64,000 nucleotides of DNA from an uncultured Gammaproteobacteria bacterium (lineage in GTDB: Bacteria > Patescibacteriota > Microgenomatia > UBA8517), in the NCBI GenBank assembly GCA_964587425.1, contig CAZPLB010000004.1, positions 3,197-67,196 of the forward strand, in the 5' to 3' direction. The notes below the pieces were generated by a model. The model searched no databases. It was given only the letters and a program-made list of their open reading frames with translations, and was not told the origin of the DNA. Numbering within the stretch: the stretch's first letter is position 1; every line of letters begins with the position of its first letter. The position numbers and the translations under genes are program-made. Of the stretch, positions 10,385 to 19,898 are shown piece after piece.

Positions 10385-10687
10385 ATGAGTGGAATTGAAC
10401 GGACTATAGAGTTACCTTTGGGTGCCTTGTGTCGAGTTATGGGACGGGATGGAAATTCTGATCTAGCTTTTTCAGCCTTCCTTCCTCGATATGAAGGTAA
10501 ACTTGTTGATACCCCAAAAGGATTTGTGTTCAAAGATGGGTATTGTGTCGATGACGGTAGAGATGCTCAAATGGTTTTACCTGGATTTGAGCCGGCAATG
10601 TTGGGTGTAGGATTAGGACCTTTCGTAACTGATTTATTTTGGGAGAGAGTTACTCGAGCATTTGAAAATATGGGGAAAACTATATGA
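10385..10687 (+). CDS. Hypothetical protein inserted in the alpha operon
   Basis: 100-aa ORF filling the rpsK-rpsD gap, with ATGA overlap to rpsD; no recognised motif. Confidence 0.6.
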   Translation: MSGIERTIELPLGALCRVMGRDGNSDLAFSAFLPRYEGKLVDTPKGFVFKDGYCVDDGRDAQMVLPGFEPAMLGVGLGPFVTDLFWERVTRAFENMGKTI

Positions 10688-11280
10688 GATACACAGGACC
10701 AAAAGATAGATTAAGTAGGCGCGAAGGTTTTGACTTGTTTGGTGCTGGAGCAAAACTCAGGCGTTTGAATGTAACACCTGGAATGCATGGACCAAAAGGG
10801 AATATGCGTCAGCCTTCAGAGTATGGGAAGCAGCTTCGAGAGAAACAAAAAGTAAAAAGAATGTATGGACTTGCTGAGAAGCAGTTCAGAAATTATATGA
10901 CAAAAGCTTTGAAAACAAAGGCAAACACTGGAAATATTTTGATTGGACTTCTGGAAATGAGACTTGATAATGTTATCTTTAGGCTTGGGTTTGCTGAAAG
11001 CCGTCCACAGGCTCGTCAATTGGTTTCCCACAGACACGTAATGGTCAATGGGAAGCGCGTGAATATTCCTTCCTACCAAGTGAAGGCTGGGGATACAGTA
11101 AGTTTATCTACTAAGGCTATGGAAATGCCTGTTGTGAAGGCACTTCTTGCCAAAGAAGATCCTGTGGTTCCTTCCTGGCTTGCTCGAAAAGCAGCTGTAG
11201 GGAAGGTCAATGAATTCAAAAGAGAAGATGTACTGGAACCTATCTCAGAACATGATATAATCGAGTTCTACTCGCGTTAG
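10684..11280 (+). CDS. rpsD: 30S ribosomal protein uS4
   Basis: MRYTGP, SEYGKQLREKQK, LEMRLDN..FRLGFA, ARQLVSH, IIEFYSR. Confidence 0.98.
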   Translation: MRYTGPKDRLSRREGFDLFGAGAKLRRLNVTPGMHGPKGNMRQPSEYGKQLREKQKVKRMYGLAEKQFRNYMTKALKTKANTGNILIGLLEMRLDNVIFRLGFAESRPQARQLVSHRHVMVNGKRVNIPSYQVKAGDTVSLSTKAMEMPVVKALLAKEDPVVPSWLARKAAVGKVNEFKREDVLEPISEHDIIEFYSR

Positions 11281-11289
11281 CGAGTTTTT
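11270..11289 (+). terminator. Terminator-like hairpin between rpsD and rpoA
   Basis: ACTCGC-GTTA-GCGAGT followed by TTTT; overlaps the rpsD stop. Confidence 0.4.
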
Positions 11290-11309
11290 GCGTCGGGAGG
11301 TGATTAACG

Positions 11310-12224
11310 ATGGATCCAATTTTTGAAATAAAGACAGATAAACAAGAAGGAAATAAAGGTACCTTTATTCTAACCCCTTTACAGGGTGGTTATGGACATA
11401 CTTTGGGGGTCGCCCTAAGGCGCGTTATGTTAACGTCCTTGCCTGGAACTGCAGTAACTTCCGTTACTATTAATGGAGTTAAACATCAATTTACAACTCT
11501 AACTGGTATGAAAGAAGATATCTTGGAGTTTATTTTAAACCTCAAGAAAGTAAGATTTTCTCAAACAGGACAGGGTGTAGTTAAAGCTACATTGGTTGCA
11601 AGTAAACCAGGAGAAGTAAAAGCATCTGATATTAAGACAAGTTCTTCTTTGAAGGTGGTCAATCCTGATTTAGTTTTGGCTAATTTGGCAAAGGGAGCAA
11701 AGCTTGATGTTGAAATGGAAGTTTCAAACGGAGTTGGATATTCGCCAGCTGATGAGCGAGTAAAAGAATCTGTTGGAGTAATTCCAGTTGATGCAATTTT
11801 TTCACCAGTAGTTCGTGTTAACTACAAAGTCGAAGAGACTCGTGTAGGAAGAGTAACCAATTACGATCAATTAGTTTTGGAAGTAACAACTGATGGTACT
11901 ATTTCTCCTCTTTCAGCCTTGACCGAAGCTGCAAAGATATTGGTTTCATATTTTAGCCAAATAGTTACACCGCAGGCAGTCGTTAAAGAAGAGAAAGCAG
12001 TAAAGGTTGAAGATGGACTAGGGAATACTGGTAAACTTTCAGTCGAAGAGATTGGTTTGCCAACACGCGTATCTAATGCACTAGTTAATGCTGGATATGA
12101 AAATGTATCTAAATTGGTTGCAGCAGATAGAGCTGATTTGGCAAAAGTAAGAAACCTTGGAGAGAAATCTTTCAAGATTATTAAAGTAGCCTTGGCTGAA
12201 AAAGGAGTAGAGTTCAATGCGTAA
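11310..12224 (+). CDS. rpoA: RNA polymerase alpha subunit
   Basis: PLQGGYGHTLGVALRRVML, DAIFSPV, TRVG..TNYD, alpha-CTD RNLGEKS; SD GGAGGTGA. Confidence 0.98.
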   Translation: MDPIFEIKTDKQEGNKGTFILTPLQGGYGHTLGVALRRVMLTSLPGTAVTSVTINGVKHQFTTLTGMKEDILEFILNLKKVRFSQTGQGVVKATLVASKPGEVKASDIKTSSSLKVVNPDLVLANLAKGAKLDVEMEVSNGVGYSPADERVKESVGVIPVDAIFSPVVRVNYKVEETRVGRVTNYDQLVLEVTTDGTISPLSALTEAAKILVSYFSQIVTPQAVVKEEKAVKVEDGLGNTGKLSVEEIGLPTRVSNALVNAGYENVSKLVAADRADLAKVRNLGEKSFKIIKVALAEKGVEFNA

Positions 12225-12633
12225 GAAAGTATTTGGCCGACATCTTTCGCGTGAAACTAATACAAGAAGAGCGCTTATGCGTTCTCTTGTACGTGGTTTT
12301 TTTGAAAGCGGAAAAATCGTTACAACCTATGCCAAGGCAAAGACCTTTGCGCCTGAGATTGACAAAATTTTCAAAGGAGTGAAGAAAGGTACCCTTAATG
12401 GGCGAAGAATGGTTTTGGCACAGCTTGGGAATGACCGTGAGACCACCGACTTAATTTTTAGTAAGTATGCATACGTACCTACCAAAAGGACGTCTGGATT
12501 TACAAGAATAATCTCCATTCCTGCAAGACGTGGGGATAATGCAAGAATGGCAAGAATTGAGTTAGTTGATATTCTCGAAGAGAAGGCAGTTGCAAAGAAG
12601 GAAGTTGAGACGAAAAAGAAGGCAAGCAAATGA
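12217..12633 (+). CDS. rplQ: 50S ribosomal protein bL17
   Basis: LSR...RRAL, IVTTYAKAK, GFTRI, RRGDNARMA. Confidence 0.97.
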   Translation: MRKKVFGRHLSRETNTRRALMRSLVRGFFESGKIVTTYAKAKTFAPEIDKIFKGVKKGTLNGRRMVLAQLGNDRETTDLIFSKYAYVPTKRTSGFTRIISIPARRGDNARMARIELVDILEEKAVAKKEVETKKKASK

Positions 12634-13061
12634 TGAAAACATATCATCCAACAGCTAAGGAAGTGAAGAGGAATTGGCATCTGATTGATGCCAAGGGCAA
12701 AATATTGGGAAGATTGTCTACTGATATTGCAATGAAGTTGATGGGAAAGCAGAAGGCAGAATACAGCCCACACATGGACAATGGAGATATTGTTGTTGTT
12801 TACAATGCAGCAGAGATTAAGGTTACTGGAAAGAAAGCAGAACAAAAGATGTACTACGGACACTCCGGATACCCAGGAGGGTTCAAAGAGATTACCTACA
12901 AGAAAATGAAGGCAGAGCATCCAGAGAGAATTTTGGAACTTGCTGTTCGACGCATGCTTCCAGTAAACAGATTAAGAGACAAGAGAATGGCAAGGTTTTT
13001 TATTTACAAAGGGGCAGAATATGGATACAAGGATAAATTCAAGGAAAGTGCAGCAGCATAA
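12630..13061 (+). CDS. rplM: 50S ribosomal protein uL13
   Basis: WHLIDAKGKILGRL, PHMDNGD, HSGYPGG, AVRRMLP. Confidence 0.98.
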   Translation: MMKTYHPTAKEVKRNWHLIDAKGKILGRLSTDIAMKLMGKQKAEYSPHMDNGDIVVVYNAAEIKVTGKKAEQKMYYGHSGYPGGFKEITYKKMKAEHPERILELAVRRMLPVNRLRDKRMARFFIYKGAEYGYKDKFKESAAA

Positions 13062-13066
13062 TTTAA

Positions 13067-13477
13067 ATGGCAAAAACAATTAAGAAGAATTACACACAAG
13101 CAATTGGAAGACGCAAGACTGCGTCTGTTCGAGTTAGAGTTTTGAAAGGAACTGAGGAAAGTACTGTTAATGAAATTTTAATTGGAAAATACTTTCCACA
13201 ATTTGCAAAGTTTTCTCCATGGAATAGGCCTTTCAATTTGACAGATACTGAAGGCAAATATTATTTCACAGCCAAAGTTACAGGAGGTGGAAAGAATGCT
13301 CAACTTGAAGCTTTGATTTTTGGAATATCAAGAGCACTATCTGTATTGAAGCCAGAAAAGCACAGAGCAATATTAAAAAAAGCAGGGCTATTAAAGAGGG
13401 ATCCAAGAGAGAGGGAAAGACGCAAGGTTGGAATGGGTGGAAAAGCAAGACGCAAGAAGCAATCTCCAAAGAGGTAA
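13067..13477 (+). CDS. rpsI: 30S ribosomal protein uS9
   Basis: GRRKTASVRV, GGG..AQ, RDPRERERRKVG, ARRKKQSPKR. Confidence 0.98.
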   Translation: MAKTIKKNYTQAIGRRKTASVRVRVLKGTEESTVNEILIGKYFPQFAKFSPWNRPFNLTDTEGKYYFTAKVTGGGKNAQLEALIFGISRALSVLKPEKHRAILKKAGLLKRDPRERERRKVGMGGKARRKKQSPKR

Positions 13478-13512
13478 TACAGACCTCAAATCTTTTGATA
13501 CAATGTTCCAAC

Positions 13513-14286
13513 GTGTCACAAAGTGAAAGATTTTCTATTCAAGAAAAGTCTGGTGTTGAAGATTTCGTTGAGACAAACGGAATTAGGATTATTCTTACCG
13601 ACCTTGATGGTACTCTAATTGACACACATAAAGTATTTGAAACTCAAGTTGGTTTGTTTCTTGAATTTTGTCACAGCTTTATTCCAGAAGTTAGCTTTGA
13701 TACTCTAAAATCCCAATTTAAATTATTTGAGAGCGAATCATTTGATGTTTTGGGTGTTTCCAGACAGAGATGGAAGTATATTATTGGTAAATTGTCTAAG
13801 GTTTATGGTGTAGATGATTTTGAAGACGGCTACAACTTTTTAAACGATATTTTCTATTCTGTTCCTAATGCTTTTGATGGAGTTCGTGAAACGTTGGAAG
13901 TTTTCCAAGGGCTGGATTTAAGGTTGGGTTTGGTGACACATGCAGCTCGGACATGGACAACTATTAAGATGGATGGCAATGATCTGTGGCCTTATTTTGA
14001 AAATATAGAGATAATTGATCCTGAGGTACATAAATATAAAGAGTCAAGACATTGGAAAAAGGCTGCTAATTTTTTTGATGTAGAATCTAATCAAATAATG
14101 ATGATTGGCGATAATCTCATGGGTGATGTGGTTGCGGCAAGCCGGCTTAGGTTTGGTAAACTTGTGTGGATTCCAAGTGCTTTTCGTTTTTTTAATAATT
14201 GCGAGGTACCGAAGGGAACTATAGAAGTTGATAAAATTGGGAATTTGATTTCTGCTCTTTCAAGCGAAAGTATTACTACTATCTAG
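13513..14286 (+). CDS. HAD-superfamily hydrolase
   Basis: DLDGTLID motif I, IGDNLMGDV motif IV; GTG start chosen downstream of TGaTACAAT (track start 13495). Confidence 0.8.
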   Translation: MSQSERFSIQEKSGVEDFVETNGIRIILTDLDGTLIDTHKVFETQVGLFLEFCHSFIPEVSFDTLKSQFKLFESESFDVLGVSRQRWKYIIGKLSKVYGVDDFEDGYNFLNDIFYSVPNAFDGVRETLEVFQGLDLRLGLVTHAARTWTTIKMDGNDLWPYFENIEIIDPEVHKYKESRHWKKAANFFDVESNQIMMIGDNLMGDVVAASRLRFGKLVWIPSAFRFFNNCEVPKGTIEVDKIGNLISALSSESITTI

Positions 14287-15829
14287 TTGGTGCATATTCC
14301 CAAACTCTGTAGTTTACTTTTCCATTATATATAAATTCCTTTATAATTTTTGCCTTTTCGTGGACTCTATTGAAATCTGTGAAACAGGCACCATTATCGA
14401 TAACCATTATTTTATTTAGTGATGGATTATTTAATGCTTCGTCAAAGGCTGCAGCAGCAGGACACCTCGTGACATCCCAAACTATGTTTTCATATTGCCA
14501 TTTGCCGCCTACGTTCTTCGCTTGGGCTGCATTAAATTTTACTGGATCGATATTATTAAAAAAACCATACCATGGATATGGACTGTCCGGGTCGTTTGTT
14601 ATATATACCCTGTCATAGTTTTTGATTGCATCGGGAAGATATATTCCTAATGCTCTTGTTTGTGGATTTCTAAATTGAAATGCATAATTTGTGTTTCTGT
14701 CTAAATAGTTGGCTGCAAATGTTATGAAAGTAAAGAATATTGAGAAAATGAAAAGCTTGAAAATGGTTTTGTGTTTTTCATGAAGCCAATTCAGACCAAT
14801 TCCGGCTATTATCACAAGGAATGGAAGCATGAAGAAAGCTCTATGGAGATTAGGGCTGTCTTCTAGGGTCATGCTTGCTGGAATGGGGCCAAGTGCTAAA
14901 AGAAGGAGTAGGACTCTGCCCTCATTTTTTTTAATTATCAAGTAAACTCCAATCAGAAATGAAACGAAAATTGGAATTGAGACAATACCAACGTTTGCTG
15001 TTGTGTAACGGAATGGTTTTGCAACGTCGTCCAAAAAGAAGTTTGGACTAAAGTACGATGTATATTGAAGAATTATATTCCTAATATTGGGGGATACTAG
15101 CTTTACTTGATTGTAGCGGGCACGGCCTGCGGGACTAAGGAGAAGTATTGTAGCTAGAACTGAAGTGAAGAGGAAACCTTTTAATACAGTTTTCTTTAAT
15201 CCCAGTTTGGTGATTTCTTTATGGAAGTAAATTATCCAACTTAGGATTAGCACGGGACCAACTACTCTTGCTGAGTGGTAAAAAAGAAAGCTTAGGGCGA
15301 GACATGAAAAGGATACGATTGGCTTTTTGGTAAGAATGACCATGGCAGTTAATATTAAAAAGCAGGACATTACTACTTCGCTTGTTGCCCTACTTGTAGC
15401 GACGTGCCATGGGATTATTGCCAAAATGAAACTTGTAAAGAAGGCAAGCGTTTGAGGATGTGAAGTCAAGGATTTATTCTTTTTTAAGATTTCAAGAGTA
15501 AGAAAATAAATTGGGAAAACGGTGAGGGCACCAAGTAAGGATGAGGGGAATCTCACTGCAAATATATTTTTGCCCAAAATAAGTAATGATGGAATTGTTG
15601 CATAAAAAATACCAGTTGGACGATAGTCTCCGAAAGTGCTGTAGTGAAGAGCTAAGAGGTTTCCATGATCATCCTTCCCAGTTTTTAAAATTGAAAGAGA
15701 TTCCCATGCAACTCTTGCTTCATCAGCGTGGAAGCCAAAGGGAAATGTACCGAGCCTGTATGTTCTAATGAGGAGTGCAAAAATGAAGATTAAAAATAAT
15801 ACCTTCGGAATTTTTTTAAAGAAATGCAT
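14279..15829 (-). CDS. GT-C membrane glycosyltransferase (ArnT/PMT-like, family 39/83)
   Basis: GFHADEA, FAVRFPSSLLG, PWHVATSR; many TM helices. Confidence 0.85.
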   Translation of the reverse strand: MHFFKKIPKVLFLIFIFALLIRTYRLGTFPFGFHADEARVAWESLSILKTGKDDHGNLLALHYSTFGDYRPTGIFYATIPSLLILGKNIFAVRFPSSLLGALTVFPIYFLTLEILKKNKSLTSHPQTLAFFTSFILAIIPWHVATSRATSEVVMSCFLILTAMVILTKKPIVSFSCLALSFLFYHSARVVGPVLILSWIIYFHKEITKLGLKKTVLKGFLFTSVLATILLLSPAGRARYNQVKLVSPNIRNIILQYTSYFSPNFFLDDVAKPFRYTTANVGIVSIPIFVSFLIGVYLIIKKNEGRVLLLLLALGPIPASMTLEDSPNLHRAFFMLPFLVIIAGIGLNWLHEKHKTIFKLFIFSIFFTFITFAANYLDRNTNYAFQFRNPQTRALGIYLPDAIKNYDRVYITNDPDSPYPWYGFFNNIDPVKFNAAQAKNVGGKWQYENIVWDVTRCPAAAAFDEALNNPSLNKIMVIDNGACFTDFNRVHEKAKIIKEFIYNGKVNYRVWEYAPTR

Positions 15830-16330
15830 TTAACGGTTGATGAGTTCTCCGACTGCAATTCCAACGGCGATTGCGGCAGCACCCATAAGAAGCATTTGGA
15901 GAGAATGTTTGATTACACTAATTTTATAAAACTTAGCACTTATTGCTCCAAGCAGGAAGAGAGCAATGAAGGATGCAATTATTGATATCACTGAAGTGGA
16001 ATTTGCAAATATGGTATATGGAAGAAGAGGAATTAGACCTGCAATAAAATACGAAAAGAACATAATAATTGCTGCAAGAATTGAATGCAATGGTTTTACT
16101 TTTTTTCTTTCCATGTATTCTTCTGTTTCATCTTCTGAAATGAAACAGCCAACTGCCATTGAGAATGCTTCAACAAAAATCAAAACTGTTCCTGTCAAGA
16201 AGATGGTTGAACGGTCTACATTTGCAACTGCAATTCCAGAAAGAAGTCCTACTGTTGAAACAATTCCATCTTCTGCTCCAAATATGAAGTTTCTACCATA
16301 AATTGCTGATATTTTTCTTGATAGTGCCAT
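15830..16330 (-). CDS. VIT1/CCC1 family Fe/Mn transporter
   Basis: IFGAEDGIVS, AFSMAVG..ISE, GLIPLLPY. Confidence 0.9.
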   Translation of the reverse strand: MALSRKISAIYGRNFIFGAEDGIVSTVGLLSGIAVANVDRSTIFLTGTVLIFVEAFSMAVGCFISEDETEEYMERKKVKPLHSILAAIIMFFSYFIAGLIPLLPYTIFANSTSVISIIASFIALFLLGAISAKFYKISVIKHSLQMLLMGAAAIAVGIAVGELINR

Positions 16331-16383
16331 ACGTTGTCTTCAAGTAGATTTAAGCACAGATTGATACAAAATACAATTGAAGA

Positions 16384-16815
16384 TTATTTGAGAAGATTAT
16401 TTTTTTTCAAAAAATCACTTTGTATTTTTATGGTATTACTTGGAATTTTTTTGAAAAATTTTATTTCTTTTCCTTGGGTACTTCCTCTCAGTATTCCACT
16501 TACTGGGGTAACCAGGAATCCAATACTGATGGTATGTCTGATGGGACTTTTTATGAATTGCATTGTCCCAATTAGCCTCCCTACTTTAACGGTAAGTCCT
16601 GTTTCCTCTTTTGCGATTCTTTGGATTGTGTTTTCTAATTTTTCGTTGAAAAGTACTGTTCCGCCTGGAAAATGCCACATTCCTTTATATGGAACAATGT
16701 CTCTTTTGGAGAGAACTACACCATCTTTGGTTTTGATAATGAGTTCTATACAAAGCCTCGGTACTTTACTGTATATTTCTAAAAATTTTTTATATGGAAG
16801 CCGTTTGGGTTTCAT
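16384..16815 (-). CDS. NUDIX hydrolase (GDP-mannose hydrolase-like)
   Basis: VPRLCIE, Nudix box WHFPGGT..FNE...RIAKEETG. Confidence 0.85.
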   Translation of the reverse strand: MKPKRLPYKKFLEIYSKVPRLCIELIIKTKDGVVLSKRDIVPYKGMWHFPGGTVLFNEKLENTIQRIAKEETGLTVKVGRLIGTMQFIKSPIRHTISIGFLVTPVSGILRGSTQGKEIKFFKKIPSNTIKIQSDFLKKNNLLK

Positions 16816-16861
16816 GACAAGAATTTAGTTTTAGCATGGGGAATGGTAAAATACAAGCGAT

Positions 16862-16936
16862 CGGGGTGTAGCGCAGATTAGTCAGCGCACTCGCATGGGG
16901 TGCGAGAGGTCGCCGGGGCGGGACCGGCCACCCCGA
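16862..16936 (+). tRNA. tRNA-Pro(GGG), atypical T- and D-loops, CCA not encoded
   Basis: CGGGGTG/CACCCCG acceptor stem, GCGC D-stem, CTCGC-ATGGGGT-GCGAG anticodon arm, GCCGG/CCGGC T-stem, A73; promoter TGgTAAAAT at 16844-16852. Confidence 0.85.
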
Positions 16937-16984
16937 CTGGAAAACTAGTATTGACTTCGTTTTTTATTTGGTACATCATTAATT

Positions 16985-17833
16985 ATGCTTCAGTCTGTTC
17001 ATTGTGCATACTGTGACTTGATCTTTTTAAGACCAATTCAAAGATTTAATGAAGCAATGAAGTTCGGGTGGAAACAGTACTGCTCAAAAAAGTGCCAGTA
17101 TGAAGCCAAAGAGAAGCAGGTTACCTTTGTTTGTGGTAGATCTGGTTGTAATAAATCTTACAAAAGAACTGAGTATGATTTTTTGAGATATGGGGTTACA
17201 TATTGTTCACATAGGTGTTTTGCATTAGTTAGTAATAAAAAGCATCCTAGATGGTCTTGGAAAGTTAAGATATGTGCTTACTGCGGAAAAGATTTTAGGA
17301 GAAATAGGAAATATTGTTCTCCAACTTGTCAGAGTAAAAGTCAGATAATTAGTACAGATTTACTTATCAATCAGTTGAAAGAGTTTGTTAGAACAGAAGG
17401 AAGGATTCCATTTAAAAAGGAGCTTCACCATTATTCTGCAGTGAGACGTGCTTTTGGTACATGGAATAATTTTATGAGAATTGCTGGTTTTGAACCAAAC
17501 CCTGTACTTTTTGCCAAGAAACACATAGCTAATGATGGGCATAGGTGTGATTCTCTTGCAGAAAGAATAATTGATGATTGGCTATTTAGGAGAAAAATTC
17601 CCCATGAAAGAAGTTTTCCATACCCCGGAAATAAAAGTTTTACAGTTGATTTTAAAGTGGAAAACTATTGGATTGAGTTTTTTGGTTTACGGGGGGAATT
17701 GAAAAAATACAATGAATCAATGGACAAAAAGTTTAAAATGGCTAGAAAATATAAATTAGAATTAATATCACTTTATCCTGTGGATTTATTTCCTGTTGGA
17801 AAGCTAAATGAGAAATTAAAATTTCTTTTATAG
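16985..17833 (+). CDS. Zn-finger repeats + homing-endonuclease-associated repeat + PD-(D/E)XK nuclease
   Basis: Three CxxC...YCSxxC fingers; GRIP...AFGTWNNFMRIAG repeat; SLAERIIDDWL...VDF...WIEFFG nuclease motif. Confidence 0.7.
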   Translation: MLQSVHCAYCDLIFLRPIQRFNEAMKFGWKQYCSKKCQYEAKEKQVTFVCGRSGCNKSYKRTEYDFLRYGVTYCSHRCFALVSNKKHPRWSWKVKICAYCGKDFRRNRKYCSPTCQSKSQIISTDLLINQLKEFVRTEGRIPFKKELHHYSAVRRAFGTWNNFMRIAGFEPNPVLFAKKHIANDGHRCDSLAERIIDDWLFRRKIPHERSFPYPGNKSFTVDFKVENYWIEFFGLRGELKKYNESMDKKFKMARKYKLELISLYPVDLFPVGKLNEKLKFLL

Positions 17834-17880
17834 TTTTTCCTCTTGCAATTGACTCCTGGTATTGATATACCAAACACGAA

Positions 17881-18954
17881 ATGGCTAAGAGTAAAAAAGA
17901 TCTTCCAGAAACTAAACAACAAGAAAATTCTACACAAAGGTTAGCTGCTATAAAGCTTGCAATGGATCAAATTGAGAAACAATATGGACGTGGTTCCATT
18001 ATGAGACTTGGCGGGTCGGGAGAGAAAATAAAAATTGATGTTATATCAACAGGTGTACTAGCACTTGATCTTGCTCTTGGAGTTGGAGGATTTCCAAGAG
18101 GACGCATTATTGAGATTTATGGACCTGAGGCTTCTGGAAAAACAACATTAGCACTTGCGACCATTGCTGAAGCTCAGAAGAAAGGTGGACAGTGTGCTTT
18201 TATTGATGCAGAACATGCACTGGATCCAACACGTGCTGAAATATTGGGGGTTAACCTTGATGACTTACTTATGAGTCAACCTGATACTGGAGAACAAGCA
18301 TTGGAGATTACTGAAACACTAGTGAGGTCTGGAGCTTTGGATGTTATAGTTGTGGACTCTGTAGCTGCTTTGGTTCCGCGTGCTGAACTTGAAGGAGAGA
18401 TGGGAGATGCTCAGATGGGACTTCAGGCAAGATTAATGAGCCAAGCTCTTCGAAAACTAACGGGTGCCATTTCAAAAAGCAAAACAGTCCTAATTTTTAC
18501 AAATCAATTGAGACAAAAAATTGGGGTGATGTTTGGAAACCCTGAAACAACCACAGGGGGACTTGCTTTGAAGTTTTATTCATCTGTCAGAATTGATGTA
18601 CGTAGAATCGAACCAATTAAAGATGGAGATATGGTTATTGGCAGTAGGGCTCGGGCAAGGGTTGTTAAAAATAAAGTTGCGCCACCACTTCGGGTTGCTG
18701 AGTTTGACATTATGAATGATGGGATTTCAAGAGAGGGAGGACTCTTGGATGTTGGAATAGAACTTGGGATTATCGAGAAGAAGGGCTCTTTTATGAGTTA
18801 TGAGGATAAAGTGATTGCACAAGGGAAAGAGGCAGCAAAGGCATATTTGAAAGAAAAGCCAGAAGTGGCAAATGCAATTGAGAAAAAGATTCGTGAGATG
18901 GCAACTTCAGGTAAAAAACTTCCAACAGAATTGGGAGAAGAGAAAGAAGAGTAA
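17881..18954 (+). CDS. recA: Recombinase RecA
   Basis: [46 protein letters not shown]. Confidence 0.99.
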   Translation: MAKSKKDLPETKQQENSTQRLAAIKLAMDQIEKQYGRGSIMRLGGSGEKIKIDVISTGVLALDLALGVGGFPRGRIIEIYGPEASGKTTLALATIAEAQKKGGQCAFIDAEHALDPTRAEILGVNLDDLLMSQPDTGEQALEITETLVRSGALDVIVVDSVAALVPRAELEGEMGDAQMGLQARLMSQALRKLTGAISKSKTVLIFTNQLRQKIGVMFGNPETTTGGLALKFYSSVRIDVRRIEPIKDGDMVIGSRARARVVKNKVAPPLRVAEFDIMNDGISREGGLLDVGIELGIIEKKGSFMSYEDKVIAQGKEAAKAYLKEKPEVANAIEKKIREMATSGKKLPTELGEEKEE

Positions 18955-18956
18955 AA

Positions 18957-19223
18957 TTATATTTTGGTGAATTGAATTGCTGAAATCCTCTGACCTTGTT
19001 TAGTTATTCGATCCACTATTTTGGCTGACGTATCTACTCCGTATTTATATTTAATTATGGGTGTTAGTTCGGTCATTGTGATGTAAGCCACGCCATGGGT
19101 CCACGAGTCTCCTTCTCCAAGTATATCAACTTCATACGGAACATGAGGTCTTCTTTCTCTTTCTAGAGCTAGTGAAACTATTTGTGCTAGATCATTGTTG
19201 AGTTGTTCTCGATTTTGCCTCAT
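18957..19223 (-). CDS. Hypothetical protein
   Basis: Fills the recA-recX gap on the minus strand; ATG 19223 preceded by TAAAAT 7 nt upstream. Confidence 0.5.
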   Translation of the reverse strand: MRQNREQLNNDLAQIVSLALERERRPHVPYEVDILGEGDSWTHGVAYITMTELTPIIKYKYGVDTSAKIVDRITKQGQRISAIQFTKI

Positions 19224-19260
19224 GGCCGTTATTTTAGGTTTGTGATGGTAAAATGTCAAT

Positions 19261-19884
19261 GTGTCTATTATTACTTCTATAAAACAACAAAAGAAAAAAG
19301 ATAGAGTTAATGTTTACCTTGATGGAAAGTTTGGTTTTGGTATTGACCTTGAAAACTTTGTGAAGTTAAAGTTAAAAGTAGAACAAGAATTAGATGAAAA
19401 TGAAATTGGTGAGATAGTTAAAAAAGCTGAGTTTCAAAAAACTTTAGAAAAACTTTTGAGGTTTGCAATGGTTCGTCCACGAAGCAGGAAAGAAATTAAG
19501 GATTGGATGAGACGAAAAGAAGTGTCAACTTCTCTTCACACTGATCTTTTTGAAAAACTCAAACATTTTGAATTAATTGATGATAATAAATTTGCAAAAT
19601 GGTGGGTGGAACAGAGGCAGACATTTCGACCCAAATCTAAAAGGGTCTTAGTGCAGGAATTGAAGATTAAAGGGATTGGTGAGGATGTGATCTCTGATAC
19701 CTTTTCAGAGGTTAGTATGGATGAGGATGGAACTGCTTTTAAGTTACTTAGTAAAAAGATATACAGGTGGGAGAAATTGGATAGAGTAAGTCAAAAACAG
19801 AAAATGTATGAGTATTTGGGAAGGTTAGGGTTTAACTTTGATACTATTAAATCTGTAGTGGCAAAAACTCTCGAAAAAGGGTAA
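19261..19884 (+). CDS. recX: Regulatory protein RecX
   Basis: RVNVYLDG, RPRSRKEI, IDDNKFAKWWV, ELKIKGI, YLGRLGF; near recA. Confidence 0.92.
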   Translation: MSIITSIKQQKKKDRVNVYLDGKFGFGIDLENFVKLKLKVEQELDENEIGEIVKKAEFQKTLEKLLRFAMVRPRSRKEIKDWMRRKEVSTSLHTDLFEKLKHFELIDDNKFAKWWVEQRQTFRPKSKRVLVQELKIKGIGEDVISDTFSEVSMDEDGTAFKLLSKKIYRWEKLDRVSQKQKMYEYLGRLGFNFDTIKSVVAKTLEKG

Positions 19885-19898
19885 AATAGGACTTCAAC

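Noticed and set aside
16334-16828. 164-aa hydrophobic plus-strand ORF
   Set aside because: It is the antisense shadow of the NUDIX gene, which has a clear motif.
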